Assembly: GCA_965113315.1 (NCBI GenBank) | Contig: OZ220363.1 | Strand: one strand, 5' to 3' | DNA: 64,000 bases | DNA from: Podarcis vaucheri | Lineage: Eukaryota | Shown: piece after piece, positions 57,853 through 64,000 of the stretch | Numbering within the stretch: position 1 is the first letter of the stretch | Layout: each line of letters opens with the position of its first letter | Position numbers and translations under genes: made by a program | Notes under the pieces: model-generated | The model's database searches: none | Told to the model about the DNA's origin: nothing | The model's input: the letters and a program-made list of their open reading frames with translations, nothing else

Positions 57853-59800
57853 GTTCTTCTGCTGATAGGAGCAGTAAACAATCCAAAAAGATTAATGAAA
57901 CCAAAATAAATTGGCCAGATATTAGATACTCTTATGAGGGCACAGACCAGGACCTCTTTTCCCAGGGGTTTTGTTGTGACAGAGGATGTACTTCAAAAGC
58001 GGCATTAGGCCATCATTCAGTTATTCTCTCTGTCTCTCTGTGTGTGCTCTGAGAGGGAAACAAAAGCAGCGGTAATCACATTACCCTAAGGACCCGACAC
58101 AATTAGCAGGCATGCTAAAGCAAAAAGAATTCACTTTAGTGCCCCTAGAAGCTTTAGTGCAGTTAGCAAGTGATCATTTTCATAATAATATAATTGCCAG
58201 AATGGGAAATTACAGGTAATTGCTGTTGTTGTGACCCTGATCTTTCAGTAATGAAATTAAAGTAACTGTTATCTTCTAGATTACTGCTGGTTCAGGGTGG
58301 GTTTTTTTGTTTTACCCTCTTCCTATTCCCTCCCCTCCGCACTCCACCTCAAAGTTTTATTTATTTTTACAGTGCAAGAAAGAAGTTTATTTAAATTTAA
58401 AATTGTACATTTACTCCCTGGTGGATTAATAGAAATCTGTCACATATCTGACATAAGCTTATTTTTGTCACCAGGCCGATTACTCATATGGAAGGAGGCA
58501 ATAATCCTTTATGAGCGTTGTAGCAGTGCAAGACCTGAATTCATTTGGAAAGAGGCAGAACCACCAAAAGGCAAAAGAGGTCACAAGTCTTCAGGGATTT
58601 TTTCATTTCATTGGGTCATCCATTTCCAAAATCCCTTGGAAATGTTTTTCAGCCCTTGAATTGCCTGTCAAAATTTTCCAGCTTTATTTACAGAATTGCA
58701 GGGTGGCAGTGAGAGGACAGAGGTGTTCACTGAATAATCTCTAGGGAAAAGTGAAATGAATTCTCCCAAAAGGTCAAATTTCCTCTGTGGGATTTTGGCC
58801 TCGAAGTTATTCCGCAATTTGGAGAAAGGCCTAAACAACAACAACAGCTTTTCTGACAATTTTGGGTTCCACTCTGGTCCAAGGGCTATTATACTGTTTG
58901 GGTCACAATCCTTAAACTTTGGTTGGTATTCAGCTAAGTTTTACTCAGAGCATATCCATTGAAATTAATGGTCCTAGCACATTCACCACCCCTGTTCAAT
59001 TACATTGTGCTGGGACATTCTGCTGTCTTGGCACCATCAAATAAAAGGTTTCCCCCATCATTCTTAGCTGCTGAATTTCAGATGGCAGAGGTAAATGAAG
59101 CAGAACCTTAGTAGGCTATTTCAAGAGTTGGGAAGATTTGTATTGGCTGAGGTGATTCTGCAGAAATCTGGTCCCAGACCATTTAATACCAGTATCAGCA
59201 ATTTGTATTGAGCTCAGAAATGAAGTGAAGGCCAACATGTGTGGTTTGGTATCATCCAATTATTACTAAAGTATATAATTTTGATATAAGTGTCCCCAAA
59301 ATATCTAAGATCTGTAACCAAACACCATGCTCAGTAATAAATTGTTCAGATGGAATTGAGAAACTTGTCATAATTGCATTATTGAATGGGGGAAGAGTTA
59401 GCAACATTTAAGATATTGGCAAGGAGGGAGGTTGCCTATGGTGGAAAGAGTGAGAACCAATATGATACAGGGTTTCAAAGTGATAGATAGTCAGACTAGC
59501 ACCAAGGAGGTTTTGTTTCAAATTCCTTCTCAGCTGTGATGCCCCTCTGATGATTTAGGCCTAGGCGCTCTCATCAATTTAACCTTCCTCTCAGGATTGT
59601 TGTGAAACTAAAATGGAGAGGTATGCTTGCCCCCCTGAGCTCCCAAAACCAGAATAAAAATTGAATCAATAAAGGCCAACCATTTTTGAAATAGTATGGA
59701 AGAGGAGGGAGGGGCTATGAGGAAACAGGTATCACACACCCCAGTATCTTTCCTCAATCATATCCCAGATCGTGATGCATAGCTCTTCTGGACAGGCTTT

Positions 59801-60245
59801 GCTGTTGTTGTTTAGTCTTTCAGTCGTGTCCGACTCTTCGTGACCCCATGGACCAGAGCACGCCAGGCACTCCTGTCTTCCACTGCCTCCTGCAGTTTGG
59901 TTAGACTCATGTTAGTAGCTTCGAGAACACTGTCCAACCATCTCGTCCTCTGTCGTCCCCTTCGCCTTGTGCCCTCAATCTTTCCCAACATCAGAGTCTT
60001 TTCCAGGGAGTCTTCTCTTCTCATCAGGTGGCCAAAGTATTGAAGCCTCAGCTTCAGGATCTGTCCTTCCAGTGAGCACTCAGGGCTAATTTTCTTAAGA
60101 ATGGATGTGTTTGATCTTCTTGCAGTCCATGGGACTCTCAAGAGTCTCCTCCAGCACTATAATTCAAAAGCATCAATTCTTCGGCGATCAGCTTTCTTTA
60201 TGGTCCAGCTCTCACTTCCATACATCACTACTGGGAAAACCATAG
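59801..60245 (-). mobile_element. BovB (RTE) LINE 3' fragment
   Basis: VFPVVMYGSESWTIKKADRRRIDAFEL and RVPWTARRSN...LQYFGHLMRR.DSLEKTLMLGKIEG.RRRGRQR.RWLD...VHGVTKSRTRL; (CAA)n tail. Confidence 0.95.
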
Positions 60246-61637
60246 TAATTCTGTCCATTTGCACAAAGTAATGTATTTCTTTCTGATACTTTGGGAGCCT
60301 ATTAAAATGATGTAGAGAGAAGAGAGCCTGGTCTTTAATCTGCACTATCCTTGAGGCGTTTTGCTACTGCTACCCATTGGCAAAAGTAGGATGTTTTGGT
60401 TCTTAGATGATTAATCAGTTTCACTTGGTTATGACATGTGTTGGTATTTCAGCCTCACAGTGAGGTTGTGAGATGGACTGAGAGTCTGTGCCAAGGTGAA
60501 TAACCACAGCTCATTGTGAAACATGCCCATTCCCAACCCAGGTCCACAACTATCATGACTGGTTTGTGCTCCAACTAGGGATGCAGTCAGACATGGGGAA
60601 TACTACACTAGTTTTCCTGCTTATTATGCTAGCATGTCTGTCCCATTTTCTAACGTTCCTTTCATACTGTCTTACCTGTTGCATTGTGGAACTGTGTCTT
60701 TTTGACTAACAGACCATCATGTCCTTCCAAATATCTTTCACCCCAGTGGGCGTGGTGTGATACAATAATGACCCCATCTGACAACATCACTACTCCCAAC
60801 ACTTTTTGCATTATGTGTGTTTCTGTTCCCCCATAATTCCCTCAAAAAGGAATGGTTTGTTGCTTCAAATTTGACATGTTGTTCAATCAATTTTCTGGGT
60901 TTGAGGGTGGGGGCTACAAATGGGTTTTTCTGGAATCAAATAACATGGAAATGAGCACTCAGCATACTCTATTCTTTTTCTAGAAGTAGCTTTTATGACA
61001 TTTGAAAGCTCAAATATATCGTGGAAATTAACAGTTAGGGAAATGTACATAAAATGGAATGAACTGCTGTGTGAATGTAGCCTAGGAGAGCAGCGCTCCA
61101 GTCAGGATCCCTTCATTCTCAAAGACCTGAAGATCGTGGAGCACTTCAGAAAAAATTAGGCCACAAACATGCCAGTGATAGAGGGCCCATCACCCAGTCA
61201 GAAGAAGTGATCACTAAAAATGGTTGTATTGGTGTGTTTTTTTAAAAAAAGTCATCAGACCTTCAGAAGCTATGACTCCAGAACATTTATTTATTGGAGC
61301 ATGCTCAAACTTTGCAGACATCTTATTCTGACCTAGTCCTTGTACCAGTTATCATTCATGAATTGCGTTATTTTCTTTCTGCTCTTATCAGGCATTTCTG
61401 TTTGTTTTATGTTCTGCCACTTTCAGTTAAGCCTTCTTTCTTCCTGACATTCTTATCCATATCAGTCATACTGGTAACACGCAGTAACACGCAATAGCCA
61501 GTCACTGGAAGATGGATTGCTAGAGGCAGATCTTGCAACTTTGGCTCCTCAGATTACATGGCCATATCAGTGCCGATTACAACCACAATCCTGACCTGAT
61601 CCATAACTTTCTGTTTGTGCTCTCTTTGTAATTGTAG

Positions 61638-61684
61638 CTCTTCTCTTCTCTTCTCTTCTCTTCTCTTCTCTTCTCTTCTCTTCT
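61638..61684. repeat. (CTTCT)n microsatellite
   Basis: Directly visible. Confidence 0.97.
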
Positions 61685-61772
61685 TTCCAATGAGAATACC
61701 TACATTGTACCTCTTCACTTATCAGCTATAGTCATGATGATTCATTTATTCTTATATATGTTAAGTATAGGA

Positions 61773-62138
61773 GGGACGCGGGTGGCGCTGTGGGTAAAAC
61801 CTCAGTGCCTAGGACTTGCCGATCGCATGGTCAGCGGTTCGAATCCCCGCGGTGGAGTGAGCTCCTGTCTTTCGGTCCCAGCTCCTGCCCACCTAGCAGT
61901 TCGAAAGCACCCCTAAGTGCAAGTAGATAAATAGGTACTGCTTTATAGTGGGAAGGTAAACGGCGTTTCCGTGTGCTGCGCTGGTGCTGGCTCGCCAGAG
62001 CAGCTTTGTCACGCTGGCCACGTAACCCAGAAGTGTCTCCGGACAGCGCTGGCTCCCGGCCTTTTAAGTGAGATGAGCACACAACCTTAGAGTCGGACAC
62101 GACTGGCCCGTACGGGCAGGGGTACCTTTACCTTTACC
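61773..62138 (+). mobile_element. Sauria SINE (full length)
   Basis: Head GGGACGCGGGTGGCGCTGTGG, B-box GGTTCGAATCC, (ACCTTT)n tail, TSD TATGTTAARTATA. Confidence 0.92.
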
Positions 62139-62222
62139 TATGTTAAATATATGAACATTTAGAGCACCTGTGTGAGCCTCATTGAATCCGGTGGGAATTA
62201 CTCCCAAGTAGGTAAAGTTACA

Positions 62223-62762
62223 GGGCGCGGGTGGCGCTGTGATCTAAACCACTGAGCCTAGGGCAGGGGTCAGCAAACTTCCCGCGCCTCAGGCCGGTGT
62301 CTCCAGTGCCGATCGTGTGGCGGGCCAGAGGGCGGGGGAGCGCATGCCCATACACGTATGCACAGGCTATTTCACGCGCACTTCCGAATTGGAGGAGCAC
62401 CAGAATAGCTTGTGTGCATGTGCACGGGCCTCCTCTGACCTGCATGTGTGGGTCTCATCTCGCTTTCAGGCCGAGGGAGCCGGTGTTTGTCCACAGACAG
62501 CTTTCCAGGTCATGTGGCCAGCATGACTAAACCGCTTCTGGCACCACAGAACAGCATGACAGAAACCAGAGTGCACGGAAACACCATTTACCTTCCTGCC
62601 ACAGCAGTACCTATTTATCAACTTGCATTGGCATGCTTTCGAACTGCTAGGTTGGCAGGAGCTGGGACACAGCAATGGGAACTCACTACTCCGTTGCGGG
62701 GATTTGAACCACTGACCTTCTGATCGGCAAGCCCAAGAGGCTCAGTGGTTTAGACCACAGCA
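62223..62762. mobile_element. Composite: Sauria SINE head (+, 62223-62262), hAT-like terminus and GC-rich insert, then Sauria SINE on the minus strand (~62450-62762)
   Basis: The SINE head stops at CCTAGGG, followed by CAGGGGTCAGCAAACTT (hAT MITE-type end); a reverse-complement SINE body follows. Confidence 0.7.
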
Positions 62763-63616
62763 TAAAATGAAGCACCTGTTGCCCTCCCAGAGTGGGATAT
62801 AAATTCAATAAATAATTAAACTGATGGCTGTGTCTAATCCCATTTTAAAGCCATTTTACACTGCACTCCCAACTGTGTCTACTCAGAGCTAAGTCCTGGT
62901 GAGTTCAAACGGGTTTACTCCCATGTAAATGGGGTTAGGACTGTGACCTTAACTTCTAGCTATCACCACATCTTGTAGCAAGGAAGGCCATAGTTAAACT
63001 ATGTGCTGTGGGCTATGGGGAGTGCTTCTTTTTATTCTCTCCTAACCAGCTGCCCAATGATGCATCAACCTGATTATGCCTAAATATACAAATAAACATT
63101 TGTATTGCCATTTATTGCCCACGCCAGAAAATCCAACAGTTCCTTAACAGGACCATTTGTAACGAAGCAAGGTTTTTGTTTTTCACCTCCTGGTTTTCTG
63201 TTTCTCTTCAGAACACGGCTCGAAGAAGCCCTAAGCCACTCTTGTCCGTTAATGGCATCTTTATTTATTAGACAATCTGCAATGATCTCTCATGTTATGG
63301 TGCCTCAGAGTTATAAAGCAGGTAGGCAAAACAAACAGTTAACCGTTAAAAAAAAGAGGACCAAACAGTACAATGAAATAAAATGCACTGCTGCCTCCTC
63401 AGAGCTGTGACGAATTCTCACAAGAGCTAGCTTGCCACTGGTGTGGTTGAAAAATGGGAGAAAGAGAGAGAGCTCTGAAAGAGGAGTATTTTAGCTGACA
63501 TTAAAGTACAAATCAGACCGTGACTGGGAGGGAGGAAGGAATTAATTTTTATTTATGGAGAGAAGGTGATATCTTGTATGAAGCCATGATCTGCTTCCCA
63601 GATTGGTGTATGCCAA

Positions 63617-63617
<1 letters not shown>

Positions 63618-63661
<44 letters not shown>
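63618..63661. repeat. (TTA)n microsatellite
   Basis: Directly visible. Confidence 0.97.
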
Positions 63662-63790
63662 GGGACATAAGATGGGTGCTGCTCATTACAGAGACAGAGA
63701 CTGGAGGAGAGGGGAAGGCTGGGGGTTGTCTCCTTTTGGGTTCTGTCTCGCTCTGTCCATCTTATTTTTATGGGTGAAAATGCTGAATTG

Positions 63791-64000
63791 CCGTATTTTT
63801 CGTCCCATAGGATGCTCTGTCCCATAGGATGCACCTAGTGGTGTTTTTTTTGGGGGGGGAATAAAGGAAAAATTTTCGGGGAAACCAAACCAGCCGAGGA
63901 ACAGTGGGATGGTGGCGCTACGCCTCCCTGCTGTCCCCCGAGCTTGTGGGGCTGGCCCATGTCTGCCCGGCGCGAGGGGCGCTCTGTTTCAGGGCGCCCT
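63791..64000. mobile_element. Left end of a pogo/Tigger-like DNA transposon (cut by the window end)
   Basis: CCGTATTTTTCGTCCCATAGGATGC terminus with a subterminal repeat of GTCCCATAGGATGC. Confidence 0.55.

Overview
AT-rich, repeat-dense vertebrate genomic DNA, almost certainly from a squamate and probably a lacertid lizard, judged from the Sauria SINEs, BovB, young CR1s and lizard-type MITEs. I cannot identify a host protein-coding gene; the window looks intronic or intergenic and has one 156-N gap. The dominant feature is a very young, apparently intact ~8.2 kb Ngaro-type (DIRS order) tyrosine-recombinase retrotransposon at 46715-54930. It has Gag, RT/RNase H, tyrosine recombinase and an extra SGNH-hydrolase ORF. 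Its split direct repeats are expanded to A..B-A-C-B-A-C-B. Notable details read from the sequence: (1) a palindromic B|A junction with a CAAA core matching the (CAAA)n target; (2) an ENE-like U-rich internal-loop hairpin only in spacer C; (3) a highly structured B repeat; (4) phase-1 splice acceptors in front of each ORF that could all be fed by one ATG-bearing exon. Elsewhere there are Penelope-like palindromes with hammerhead-ribozyme cores in a (TA)n tract, a Tc1/mariner-type MITE followed by an inverted 127-bp copy of sequence from 5.3 kb away, nested hAT/SINE and CR1/L2 insertions, and many MITEs, SINEs and microsatellites. All family assignments come from motif recognition by eye; no database search was run.
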